DNA of 64,000 bases from an uncultured Porphyromonadaceae bacterium (GTDB lineage: Bacteria; Bacteroidota; Bacteroidia; Bacteroidales; Muribaculaceae): assembly GCA_902489785.1 (NCBI GenBank), contig CABUBG010000001.1, forward strand, positions 5,608-69,607. Reading direction: 5' to 3'. Positions 9,561 to 18,698 of this stretch are shown here, piece after piece. Position 1 is the stretch's first letter, and each line of letters begins with the position of its first letter. The notes beneath the pieces were generated by a model. That model worked only from the letters and a program-made list of their open reading frames with translations. It did not search any database and was not told the origin of the DNA. The position numbers and the translations under genes are program-made.

Positions 9561-10889
9561 CTATCTGCATGAATGAACCGGAGGGATGCGTCGTCCGGTA
9601 TAACGCACTGATATGCAACTTTTATCCTCTGGTGTGACGGGATAAAGAGCCGAACGGCGAATGCCCGGAATCCACAGAATGTCAGCACTTTTCATCAGCA
9701 AAGGGATGCGTTTTTTGTCAGTGACGGATATTTTGGAATTGGAAAAGATGTCGCTCAGTTTTTTTGTAGCCTTCATCCCGAACGGTTGCATCCGGTCGCC
9801 GGTCTGCCATGTGCGGGTTGACAACGGCGCGCCATCTACGACGGCAAGATCGAAATAGGCAGTGCAGGGGTCGGCGTAATCCATCTCTGCGGTGGATATC
9901 TGTTTCACTTCAAAACAGTCGTCGAAGTCGTCAGGCAATGAACCGCCAGATTCTTCGAATATCAGGATTCCACGATCGATAGTCCATGCATTTTCGCCGG
10001 AAAAGAATCGCGCCCCCGATGATGATGCTGAAGCTATGATATTATCGGCCTGGGTACGTGTCAGCCCTTCGTTTCTGAACCATTCAAAAATAAGCAGTGC
10101 CGGCAGCGGCTCCTTAGTGATCAGAGCCTGCAGGTCAATGAGATTTTCATGAATGTAGACGTGGCGCTTTTCTTCGATAGCCTGGCGGTAGAAAGCTTCA
10201 TTCTCACGCAGTTTGTCGAGTGTCGAAGTCATGCCGGCTGCTGCATCCGGAAATGTTTCATCGATAACAGGCCTCAGGATATTGCGGATGCGGTTGCGGT
10301 TGAAATCGCATAAGAGATTAGAGCTGTCGGTGATATAGCCTAAGTTGGCACGCTCAAGATAACTTTCAATTTCGCGGCGAGTGATGTTCAGCATCGGGCG
10401 AACGATATGTCGGTCATTGCAGAAAATCATGCCCCGGGCACCGACGATGCCTGTACCGCGCATGATGTTGAGAAGCATTGTTTCGATATTGTCGTCGGCA
10501 TTGTGTCCTACGGCAATAGCCTGAGCGCTAATATTTTCAAAAAGAGATTCGAACCATCGGTAACGAATTTCGCGGCAAGCCATCTCGACTGACACGCCCT
10601 TGTTGGCTTCTCTGTAGGCCGCCACATCACAATGCTGAATGAGACACTCAACACCAAGCCGGCAGCATATCTCGGCGACATGGCGTTCGTCGCGATCGCT
10701 TTCCTCGCCGCGCAGATGATAGTTGCAGTGAGCGGCGATGCAGTTATAGCCAAGAGCCGTGAGGGCATGCAACAATGCTACTGAATCGGCTCCGCCGCTG
10801 AGCGCCACCACCACTGGTCGGTCGCTGGCGTCGAGCAACCGGTGGCGGCTGATGTTTGCCGCTACGGCGGTCAGGAATGTATCATTCAT
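9561..10889 (-). CDS. tilS: tRNA(Ile)-lysidine synthetase
   Basis: PP-loop VVVALSGGADSVALLH. I place the start at MNDTFL (8-nt overlap with the nth stop) rather than the ORF-track start at 10970, which would run deep into nth. Confidence 0.88.
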   Translation of the reverse strand: MNDTFLTAVAANISRHRLLDASDRPVVVALSGGADSVALLHALTALGYNCIAAHCNYHLRGEESDRDERHVAEICCRLGVECLIQHCDVAAYREANKGVSVEMACREIRYRWFESLFENISAQAIAVGHNADDNIETMLLNIMRGTGIVGARGMIFCNDRHIVRPMLNITRREIESYLERANLGYITDSSNLLCDFNRNRIRNILRPVIDETFPDAAAGMTSTLDKLRENEAFYRQAIEEKRHVYIHENLIDLQALITKEPLPALLIFEWFRNEGLTRTQADNIIASASSSGARFFSGENAWTIDRGILIFEESGGSLPDDFDDCFEVKQISTAEMDYADPCTAYFDLAVVDGAPLSTRTWQTGDRMQPFGMKATKKLSDIFSNSKISVTDKKRIPLLMKSADILWIPGIRRSALYPVTPEDKSCISVRYTGRRIPPVHSCR

Positions 10890-11529
10890 TGGCTTTCGAT
10901 TTGATGTAATAGCGGCATACGGCGGTAAGTCCGCACTTATTGCAATCCGGGCGCCGGGCCTTGCACACATATCGTCCGTGAAGAATGAGCCAGTGGTGGG
11001 CTTTCGGGATGAGAAGTTCTGGGATGTGCTTTGTGAGTGTTTTTTCGGTCTGGAGCGGGTTCTTGCTGCCGGTGGTGAGGCCGATCCTTTCGCTGACGCG
11101 GAACACGTGAGTGTCTACGGCCATCGCGGCTTTGCCGAAAATCACAGAGAGAATCACATTGGCCGTTTTGCGTCCCACGCCCGGCAGCGTCAAAAGATCG
11201 TCGATCTCCGACGGGACAACACCGCCGAAACGTTCGACGAGAGTCTGAGCCATTCCCGAGAGATTGCGTGCCTTGTTGTTGGGATAAGAGACGCTGCGGA
11301 TGAAAGAGAAGATATCATCGGTCGTAGCCCGTGCGAGATCTGCGGCTGTGGGATAGGCTTCAAACAGGGGCGGGGTGACGATGTTCACTCGTTTGTCGGT
11401 GCACTGGGCGGAAAGGATGACAGCGACAAGCAACTGATAGGGATTTTCGTAGTGCAGCTCTGTTTCAGCGATAGGCATAGCCTGCTGAAACCATTCGATC
11501 ACTTTTCCATAACGTTCGGCAATTCTCAT
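10882..11529 (-). CDS. nth: Endonuclease III
   Basis: 215 aa. YQLLVAVILSAQCTDKRVN, HhH-GPD LPGVGRKTANV, and C-terminal 4Fe-4S cluster CKARRPDCNKCGLTAVC. Confidence 0.92.
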   Translation of the reverse strand: MRIAERYGKVIEWFQQAMPIAETELHYENPYQLLVAVILSAQCTDKRVNIVTPPLFEAYPTAADLARATTDDIFSFIRSVSYPNNKARNLSGMAQTLVERFGGVVPSEIDDLLTLPGVGRKTANVILSVIFGKAAMAVDTHVFRVSERIGLTTGSKNPLQTEKTLTKHIPELLIPKAHHWLILHGRYVCKARRPDCNKCGLTAVCRYYIKSKANE

Positions 11530-11553
11530 GATTAAAATAATGAATGCAGGGGG

Positions 11554-11934
11554 TCAGTTGATTATTCGGTCGGTGGCGTAGAGTCCTGCAGCGCATGCGG
11601 CGATGCCGCCGACAACGCTGAGCAGTACGTAGGCGACGGCCTCTGCAACGTTTCCGCTCCGTATCATCAGCACGGGGTGTAGCGAAAAGGCTGAGAAGGT
11701 GGTGAAGCCGCCGAGCAGACCGGTGACGAGTGTCCGGTAAACGAGGCCTGACGTGGCATTGGCCTTGTCCATCAACGACCACAGGATGCCTATCAAAAGG
11801 CATCCTGTGATATTGATAAATAGTGTGTTGTAAGTCTTATCGGGAAGGATAGTGATCTGATCGGCTCCATAACGGCCCACGCAGCCAACAGCACCTCCGA
11901 TGGCAACAAGAGCTAATTCCAACAGGCCGGTCAT
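11554..11934 (-). CDS. crcB: Fluoride efflux channel CrcB/Fluc
   Basis: 126 aa with four hydrophobic segments. GGFTTFSAFS motif. Confidence 0.85.
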   Translation of the reverse strand: MTGLLELALVAIGGAVGCVGRYGADQITILPDKTYNTLFINITGCLLIGILWSLMDKANATSGLVYRTLVTGLLGGFTTFSAFSLHPVLMIRSGNVAEAVAYVLLSVVGGIAACAAGLYATDRIIN

Positions 11935-11945
11935 GATGCTGATGA

Positions 11946-12965
11946 TCAGAGAGCGCTCTGGAACTGCTCGAGGAAACGACGGTCGTTTTCAGAGAACATG
12001 CGCAGGTCTTTCACCTGATATTTCAGGTTGGTGATGCGCTCGATACCCATGCCGAGGGCGAAACCGCTGTAGATTTTCGAGTCGATGCCGCAAGCGTCAA
12101 GCACGTTGGGGTCAACCATGCCGCAGCCGAGAATCTCCACCCAGCCGGTGTGCTTGCAGAATGAGCATCCCTTTCCGCCGCAGAGGTTGCAGGAGATGTC
12201 CATTTCAGCCGAGGGTTCGGTGAAGGGGAAGTAGCTCGGACGCAGACGGATCTTTGTCTCAGGTCCGAACATCTCACGCGCGAAATAGAGAAGTGTCTGC
12301 TTGAGGTCGGCAAACGAAACGTTTTTGTCGACATAGAGAGCCTCTACCTGATGGAAGAAACAGTGGGCTCGGGCCGAGATGGCTTCATTGCGGTAGACAC
12401 GTCCGGGGCAGATGATGCGGATAGGCGGCTGTGTGTGCTCCATTACGCGCGACTGCACCGACGAGGTGTGGGTGCGGAGAAGCACATCGGGATTGCGCTT
12501 GATGAAGAATGTGTCCTGCATGTCGCGGGCCGGATGGTCGGCGGCGAAGTTGAGTGACGAGAACACATGCCAGTCGTCCTCGATCTCGGGGCCTTCGGCA
12601 ACGGTGAAGCCGAGGCGTGAAAAAATCGAGACTATTTCATTGCGGACAATGGACAGCGGATGGCGCGAACCGAGAGGCATCACGGCCGGAGTGCGTGAGA
12701 GATCGACAGCGGCATCGTCGCTGTCGGAATCGGAGAGGCGTTCTCGCAGCGTGTTGATTTTTTCGGTGACAAGTGCCTTAAGTTCATTAAGTGCCTGACC
12801 GATAGTCTTTTTCTGATCGGCCGGTACGGTGCGGAAATCGTTGAAAAGCAACGAAATCACTCCTTTTTTACTAAGATATTTGATGCGCAGCGCGTCAACT
12901 TCGGCATCGGTCGATGCCGTGAGTGCAGCAATTTCAGCTTTAAGATTGTTGATTTTTTCAATCAT
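11946..12965 (-). CDS. pheS: Phenylalanine--tRNA ligase alpha subunit
   Basis: Class II aaRS motifs (HPARDMQDTF, RTHTSSVQ, PGRVYRNE, FPFTEPSAE, GMGIERI). Start placed at MIEKINNLKAEI, about 340 aa. Confidence 0.92.
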   Translation of the reverse strand: MIEKINNLKAEIAALTASTDAEVDALRIKYLSKKGVISLLFNDFRTVPADQKKTIGQALNELKALVTEKINTLRERLSDSDSDDAAVDLSRTPAVMPLGSRHPLSIVRNEIVSIFSRLGFTVAEGPEIEDDWHVFSSLNFAADHPARDMQDTFFIKRNPDVLLRTHTSSVQSRVMEHTQPPIRIICPGRVYRNEAISARAHCFFHQVEALYVDKNVSFADLKQTLLYFAREMFGPETKIRLRPSYFPFTEPSAEMDISCNLCGGKGCSFCKHTGWVEILGCGMVDPNVLDACGIDSKIYSGFALGMGIERITNLKYQVKDLRMFSENDRRFLEQFQSAL

Positions 12966-13008
12966 TGACTTATCTTCTTGAAAATATGGGCGTTGATTTG
13001 CCCTGTTA

Positions 13009-14067
13009 TCATTCGTTTGCTTTGTTGAATTCCGACATGGCCTGCTCGACATCACGTACGAGATCCTCGTCCTGCTGATCGCGGCTTACGATCGTGCCGT
13101 CGGGAGCTATAAGGATAATGCAGGGGATGCCGGAAATGCCGTAGAGATCGGTGGGGATTGTCTGCGCATTGACGATGACATCCCAGGGAATCTGGTGATC
13201 TTCAATGGCTTTTTGCGTGTTCTGCGGTTCGTCCCAGACAGCTACGCCGAGGAAATTAAGGCCCTTGCCGTTGTATTTCTCATAGAGCTTCTTGATCACA
13301 CTGATCTCGCGGATGCAGGGTCCGCACCAGCTGGCCCAGAAATCGACGAGCGTATAGTGGTCATTGCCGAGGAAATCGCTGAGCTTCTGTGTCTTGCCAT
13401 CGTTTGTAATGGCAAAGTCTTTATATTTATGACCTACCGATGTTTCGTCCTTGACAACAAGGTGCTGACGGATGCTTTTGACACGCTGTGAATCCTTAAA
13501 CTTGGGATATTTTGCCAGGGCTGCGTCGAGTTCGGCGAGATCGTAGTTCTGTGCGTTTGAGATGAAGAGCAGATAGCCGAGAGCGTTGTCGATATTGGCC
13601 GTCATCGTAGAGTCCAATATTGCGTCGTAGCGTTTGCTGAGGATCTCGGCGCGTTCGGCCGATGTGGAATCCTGGGGGAGGGCGCGGAATTCAGTCACGA
13701 TGGCGCCGAGTTTGTTCTGCATCTCTTCAAGAGAGCTGTTGAGACTGCCGTTGCTTTCAAACTTGCGTTCGGCAGGAGTGACATTGATCTTAGCAGGCTC
13801 GATGAAGATATCGCCAATGCGCTGACCTTCGACAAGAAGACGTGCATAATATGGCGTGGTGACACTTTTATTAAACTTTGCGACACCGTTGTCGACAAGC
13901 GCGCTGTCGACTTTCGCACCGCTGTCGTAGTCGGTAAGATAGACATATATGCCGTCGTCGTCCGGTGAAAGATTGACGGATAAAGTGCAATTTGCGGGTT
14001 GGGTGGCATTGGCGCATGATGCTGCAGCAAGCGCCATGATAGATCCGAAAAATAAGGTGTTATTCAT
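13009..14067 (-). CDS. TlpA-family thiol:disulfide oxidoreductase (N-terminal DUF4369-like domain plus thioredoxin fold)
   Basis: 352 aa. Signal peptide and active site DFWASWCGPC. Confidence 0.85.
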   Translation of the reverse strand: MNNTLFFGSIMALAAASCANATQPANCTLSVNLSPDDDGIYVYLTDYDSGAKVDSALVDNGVAKFNKSVTTPYYARLLVEGQRIGDIFIEPAKINVTPAERKFESNGSLNSSLEEMQNKLGAIVTEFRALPQDSTSAERAEILSKRYDAILDSTMTANIDNALGYLLFISNAQNYDLAELDAALAKYPKFKDSQRVKSIRQHLVVKDETSVGHKYKDFAITNDGKTQKLSDFLGNDHYTLVDFWASWCGPCIREISVIKKLYEKYNGKGLNFLGVAVWDEPQNTQKAIEDHQIPWDVIVNAQTIPTDLYGISGIPCIILIAPDGTIVSRDQQDEDLVRDVEQAMSEFNKANE

Positions 14068-14101
14068 TTTTGGTTAATGGTTTGATTCATGAATCCGGAT
14101 G

Positions 14102-14109
14102 CAAATTTA
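14102..14109 (-). promoter_or_regulatory. -7 promoter box TAaaTTTG upstream of the TlpA-like gene
   Basis: Reverse complement of caaattta. Lies 35-42 nt upstream of the ATG at 14067. Confidence 0.4.
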
Positions 14110-14174
14110 CTCACTTCTTTTTGAAAATCGTGTGTTTTTGCCCACGAAATAATGTAGGGTTGACGATTATTCAT

Positions 14175-14182
14175 TAATTTTG
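14175..14182 (+). promoter_or_regulatory. -7 promoter box TAatTTTG upstream of the acyl-CoA ligase gene
   Basis: Exact TAnnTTTG, 33 nt upstream of the ATG at 14215. Confidence 0.45.
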
Positions 14183-14214
14183 TCGGGTGAAAATAAAAAA
14201 ATCCGGCATTCATT

Positions 14215-15879
14215 ATGGATAATAAAGCTACCTTAAACGAATACATCCTCCAGTCAATCACATCGAATTGGGAACTCCCCGCGCTGACAGATTTCGAAGG
14301 CGTTTCATATAATTATAAAGACGTGGCCCGTAAAATCACGAAGCTGCACATAATCTTTGAACGCTGCGGACTGAAGCCGGGCGACAAGATTGCCATCTGC
14401 GGGCGTAATTCGGCCCAGTGGTCGGTAGCTTTTCTGGGAGCCCTGACTTACGGAGCGGTTGCCGTGCCTATCCTCAATGAGTTTAAACCGGACACGATTC
14501 ATCATTTGGTCAATCACAGTGAGTCGAAGTTGCTTTTCACGGATAACAGTATATGGGAGAACCTCGACTCGGATTCGATGGCTGATCTTATAGGCGCCTT
14601 CAACCTCCACAACTTCTCCCTGTTTATCTCACGCGATGAAATGCTTACTGATGCACGCAACAGACTCAATGAGCTGTTCGGCAAGAAATTTCCCGAGCGT
14701 TTTACGTCGGCTGATTTTAAAGTTGTCGTGCCGACAGATCCGGATGAAGTGATGATGATTAACTACACGTCGGGATCCACCGGCTTTTCCAAAGGCGTAA
14801 TGCTCACCTGCCGCAATCTGTGGTCGAACGTGCAGTTCACTATCGACGGAATCAAGTTTCTGGTTCCGGGCGATAACATAGTGAGCATGCTTCCACTTGC
14901 CCATATGTATGGTCTTGTGGTCGAACTGCTGCATCCGTTTGTCAAGGGTTGCCACATCCATTTCCTCACACGCATGCCTTCGCCGCGTGTGATCATGGAT
15001 GCTTTTGCCCGCGTAAGGCCAAAGCTCATTGTGTCAGTGCCTCTTATTATTGAAAAGATCATCAAGACAAAGGTGTTCCCGCTTCTCGATAAGCCGTTGA
15101 TGAAGATATTGATGCATGTGCCGTTCGTTGACGACCGTCTTCTTTCACGAATCAAGCAGCAGCTGACGGCTACGTTCGGCGGCAATCTTCAGGAGATGAT
15201 CATTGGCGGCGCCGCTCTGAATAAGGATGTCGCAGTGTTCTTGCGTAAGATCGATTTCCCGTTCACCGTAGGTTATGGCATGACGGAATGTGCTCCGCTT
15301 ATTTCTTATGCTCCCTGGCAGGAAGCCCGCAAGAATTCATGCGGACGTATTGTCGACCGCATGATCGGCCGTGTCGAGAATCCGGATCCCGAAACAAAAG
15401 CCGGCGTGATCTGGGTGAAAGGCGACAATGTGATGAAGGGCTATTTCAAGAATCCCGAGGCTACAGCCGCTTGCATGGACAACAACGGATGGCTTTGCAC
15501 CGGTGATATCGGCGTGATCGACGCCGACAATTTCATCTACCTCCGCGGCCGTGATAAAAATATGATTCTCGGACCTTCGGGACAGAATATCTATCCCGAG
15601 GAAATCGAGCAGATCCTCAACAACTTGCCTTACGTGAGTGAATCGATCGTGATATCCGACGGCGGCAAGCTCGTAGCTCTCATATATCCTGATTATGATC
15701 TCGCAGGCAAGGAGGGCATGAGCGTTTCCGACATTGATGCCGTAATGGCTGAGAATATCGAGGTGCTGAATAAAGAAGTGCCGGCCTATTCAAAAGTGAC
15801 CCGGCACAAACTCATGAGCGAAGAATTTGAAAAAACGCCCAAGCGCTCAATCAAACGCTATCTTTACAAACTGGACTGA
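14215..15879 (+). CDS. AMP-dependent synthetase / long-chain fatty acid--CoA ligase
   Basis: 554 aa. AMP-binding signature INYTSGSTGFSKGV, plus GYGMTEC and TGDIG…RGRDKNMI. Confidence 0.85.
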   Translation: MDNKATLNEYILQSITSNWELPALTDFEGVSYNYKDVARKITKLHIIFERCGLKPGDKIAICGRNSAQWSVAFLGALTYGAVAVPILNEFKPDTIHHLVNHSESKLLFTDNSIWENLDSDSMADLIGAFNLHNFSLFISRDEMLTDARNRLNELFGKKFPERFTSADFKVVVPTDPDEVMMINYTSGSTGFSKGVMLTCRNLWSNVQFTIDGIKFLVPGDNIVSMLPLAHMYGLVVELLHPFVKGCHIHFLTRMPSPRVIMDAFARVRPKLIVSVPLIIEKIIKTKVFPLLDKPLMKILMHVPFVDDRLLSRIKQQLTATFGGNLQEMIIGGAALNKDVAVFLRKIDFPFTVGYGMTECAPLISYAPWQEARKNSCGRIVDRMIGRVENPDPETKAGVIWVKGDNVMKGYFKNPEATAACMDNNGWLCTGDIGVIDADNFIYLRGRDKNMILGPSGQNIYPEEIEQILNNLPYVSESIVISDGGKLVALIYPDYDLAGKEGMSVSDIDAVMAENIEVLNKEVPAYSKVTRHKLMSEEFEKTPKRSIKRYLYKLD

Positions 15880-15935
15880 TCAGGCCGTACAAGCCTGACT
15901 GATCCGGTTCTTTGCGGAAAGAGGCAGATGTGTCG

Positions 15936-16481
15936 TCAGAACACATAGCCTATTGAAACATTGAACCAGCCCCCGCTGTATTGTTTCATCAGAAGGAATT
16001 TGCTTTCAAACGCCAGACGGAGTGTGGGCGTGGCGAAATATTCGATGCCCGCGCCGAAATTGAGGCCGAAACGGCTTGTGCGCTGCGATGAGTCATCATT
16101 GTTTTCATCCAGTTCTTCAACGGGGCCTTCGTCGTTATGGCTGGTGAATGTCGAGTAATTCAATCCGGCGATAGGATAGAAATTGACACGACCCGTCGTT
16201 CCGTCGAGAGCGATAGGCATTTCAGTGTCGAAATTAAATGAAAAAGCGTCGATGCCTTTGTGGCGGAAGGCATAATCCACTTTCGGAGCGAAACGGAAAT
16301 GCTCCGTGAAACGATACGAGAAATACAGTCCGGCAGTGGCCGTGGTGTTGCGTGTCGTAAAACCGCCCCGCAGGCCTACGCTTTTTTGTCCGCGCCACGA
16401 CTGGGCAGACGCATCGGGAGAAGCAAATGTAACCATAAGCGTAATTGCTGCGACGATAAGTGAAAATATCCGCTTTTTCAT
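15936..16481 (-). CDS. Small outer-membrane beta-barrel protein
   Basis: 181 aa. Signal peptide, alternating beta-strand pattern, C-terminal …SIGYVF. Confidence 0.65.
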   Translation of the reverse strand: MKKRIFSLIVAAITLMVTFASPDASAQSWRGQKSVGLRGGFTTRNTTATAGLYFSYRFTEHFRFAPKVDYAFRHKGIDAFSFNFDTEMPIALDGTTGRVNFYPIAGLNYSTFTSHNDEGPVEELDENNDDSSQRTSRFGLNFGAGIEYFATPTLRLAFESKFLLMKQYSGGWFNVSIGYVF

Positions 16482-16584
16482 GTGACGATTCTATTATCAG
16501 TTAATGTGAGAATGTTAATTTTAATTGTTAACGCAAAAATAATTCTTTCTGTTTAAATTATGCTATAGGTTTGATGGAAATGCG

Positions 16585-16592
16585 TAATTTTG
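16585..16592 (+). promoter_or_regulatory. -7 promoter box TAatTTTG upstream of nadE
   Basis: Exact TAnnTTTG, 20 nt upstream of the ATG at 16612. Confidence 0.45.
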
Positions 16593-16611
16593 TGGAAAAT
16601 TAACAACGAAT

Positions 16612-18525
16612 ATGACAAACGGTTTTCTCAGGATAGCGTCCGTAGCGCCGCAACATCGCGTTGCCGACGTGGCATACAACGTCGACCGCATAATTGAATC
16701 TCTCGTCGAGCTTGATAGCAAGAAGGTCGAACTGGCGGTCTACCCCGAGCTCTGCATCACTGGATACACCTGCGGCGATCTTTTCCACAACGCCACGCTT
16801 TTAAATGCAGCTGCCGCGGGGCTGCAGCACATCCGTGAGGCTGTCAGCGAGCTTAACATTCATGCCATAGTCGGGCTCCCCGTGCGCAAGGCTGGCGGTG
16901 CAGTATATAATTGTGCCGCATTCATACGAAACAATGAATGCGACATCATTGAAAAAACATATCTGCCTTCATATAACGAGTTTTATGAGCGGCGCTGGTT
17001 TTCTCCCTCAGCCACGCCGCGGACGCCGCGATTTTTTACAAGCCACGGTGTGAAAATAGGCATAGAGATATGCGAAGACCTGTGGGTGCCCGTTCCGCCG
17101 TCGTGCAATGATGCCATGGCGGGTGCTCAGGTGATATGCAACCTTTCGGCGTCGGACGACCTTATCGGCAAGCATGACTATCTCATGTCGCTTATCCGCC
17201 AGCAGTCGGCCCGGTGCATGTGCGGCTATGTCTATTCATCGGCCGGATTCGGAGAATCGACTACCGATCTCGTTTTCCTGCCCAAAACCATCATAGCCGA
17301 GTGTGGAACGCTGCTGTGCGAAAACGACAGGCTCGATTATCTGTCGGCCCCCGCTGTCATTGCAGATATTGATATCGACGCGATCGACCGAGACCGCGAG
17401 CACACGACCACCTTTGCCGATTGTGCGCGCAACAACGGATGCCTGTCGGGCGACACCCCCGTATGCGCTGAAGAGGAGATGTGGGATGAAGATTTCGAGC
17501 CTGATTATCGCCGTGTCAATCCCACACCGTTTATCCCTTCCGACAACCGGATCCTGGATGACCGCGCACGGGAGATATCGACCATTCAGCAATGCGGCCT
17601 CGCACGGCGTCTGCGTGCCGTAGGAAGCAACCGCCTGGTCGTTGGCATATCCGGCGGCCTCGATTCCACGCTCGCGCTGCTTGTGGCCGTTGAAACGGTG
17701 AAGAGCCTCGGCGGTGATGCCAAAGATGTGATCGGCGTGACAATGCCCGGGTTCGGTACCACCGACCGCACCTACGACAACGCGCTCCAACTCATGCGGC
17801 TGCTCGGCGTCACGGTTCGTGAAATATCCATTGCCGCCGCTGTGACCGGCCACTTCAAGGATATAGGACATGACCCCTCGGTTCACGATGTGACTTATGA
17901 AAATTCACAGGCCCGCGAACGCACCCAGATACTGATGGACGTGGCCAACGCTACCGGATCTCTGGTCCTTGGCACGGGCGACCTGTCGGAACTTGCGCTC
18001 GGATGGGCAACATACAACGGCGACCACATGTCGATGTATGGCGTTAATGCCGGCGTGCCCAAAACGCTCGTGCGGTATCTCGTGCGCTGGTATGCGACCA
18101 AATCGGATGATGCGGCTCTGAGAGCTACACTTGAAGACATCATGGCAACACCTATAAGTCCGGAGCTTACGCCTGCCGACAACAACGGCAATATTCAGCA
18201 AAAAACGGAGGAACTGGTAGGCCCGTATGAGCTTCACGATTTCTTCCTGTATTATATGCTCCGGTATGGTTTCGCGCCCCGAAAAGTGTTTATGCTTGCC
18301 CGTAAAGCTTTTGCCGGACGGTTCGGTGCGCCCACGATATTGCATTGGATGCGTGAGTTTTACCGCAGATTTTTCAATCAGCAGTTTAAACGTTCATGCC
18401 TCCCCGACGGCCCTAAAGTCGGAAGCGTATGCCTCTCGCCCCGCGGCGACTGGCGAATGCCGTCCGACGCTTCATCGGCTGTGTGGCTGAATGAAATCGA
18501 CGGTATGATCGCCCGTCTCGTGTGA
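16612..18525 (+). CDS. nadE: Glutamine-dependent NAD(+) synthetase
   Basis: 637 aa. N-terminal CN-hydrolase domain (YPELCITGY, EICEDLW) and C-terminal synthetase PP-loop GISGGLDST. Confidence 0.9.
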   Translation: MTNGFLRIASVAPQHRVADVAYNVDRIIESLVELDSKKVELAVYPELCITGYTCGDLFHNATLLNAAAAGLQHIREAVSELNIHAIVGLPVRKAGGAVYNCAAFIRNNECDIIEKTYLPSYNEFYERRWFSPSATPRTPRFFTSHGVKIGIEICEDLWVPVPPSCNDAMAGAQVICNLSASDDLIGKHDYLMSLIRQQSARCMCGYVYSSAGFGESTTDLVFLPKTIIAECGTLLCENDRLDYLSAPAVIADIDIDAIDRDREHTTTFADCARNNGCLSGDTPVCAEEEMWDEDFEPDYRRVNPTPFIPSDNRILDDRAREISTIQQCGLARRLRAVGSNRLVVGISGGLDSTLALLVAVETVKSLGGDAKDVIGVTMPGFGTTDRTYDNALQLMRLLGVTVREISIAAAVTGHFKDIGHDPSVHDVTYENSQARERTQILMDVANATGSLVLGTGDLSELALGWATYNGDHMSMYGVNAGVPKTLVRYLVRWYATKSDDAALRATLEDIMATPISPELTPADNNGNIQQKTEELVGPYELHDFFLYYMLRYGFAPRKVFMLARKAFAGRFGAPTILHWMREFYRRFFNQQFKRSCLPDGPKVGSVCLSPRGDWRMPSDASSAVWLNEIDGMIARLV

Positions 18526-18585
18526 CATGCCGGATTCTGCCGGCATTGCCGCAGAAAAGAAAAATTGGAACAAAACACTAAAAAT

Positions 18586-18617
18586 GGCCCGAGATTTTGT
18601 CGAAGGCCGTTTTTTTT
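18586..18617 (+). terminator. Probable Rho-independent terminator after nadE
   Basis: ggcccga-gattttg-tcgAAggcc hairpin (7 bp with a 2-nt bulge) followed by T8. Confidence 0.5.
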
Positions 18618-18618
18618 G

Positions 18619-18626
18619 TATCTTTG
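18619..18626 (+). promoter_or_regulatory. -7 promoter box TAtcTTTG upstream of the GH92 gene
   Basis: Exact TAnnTTTG, 73 nt upstream of the ATG at 18699. Confidence 0.35.
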
Positions 18627-18698
18627 TAAAAACAGCAACAATTTTGCTATAAAATCTTTATCATTTTAATCAACCATTAACCGAAATTTCAATACTTG

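Noticed and set aside
9561-10970. Long N-terminal extensions suggested by the ORF track: tilS to 10970, pheS to 13055, 5'-nucleotidase to 8085, OmpA-like to 46334, ftsE from 25271 and rimM to 47218.
   Set aside because: The extensions overlap the neighbouring gene substantially or precede an obvious signal peptide or conserved N-terminus. Internal ATGs give typical lengths and tidy 4-8 nt overlaps or short gaps.
11935-12010. Possible fluoride riboswitch upstream of crcB.
   Set aside because: Only 11 nt separate the pheS stop from the crcB start. The 3' end of pheS lacks the conserved crcB-motif elements (GGNGATGG…AACCGCC). crcB appears simply co-transcribed with pheS.
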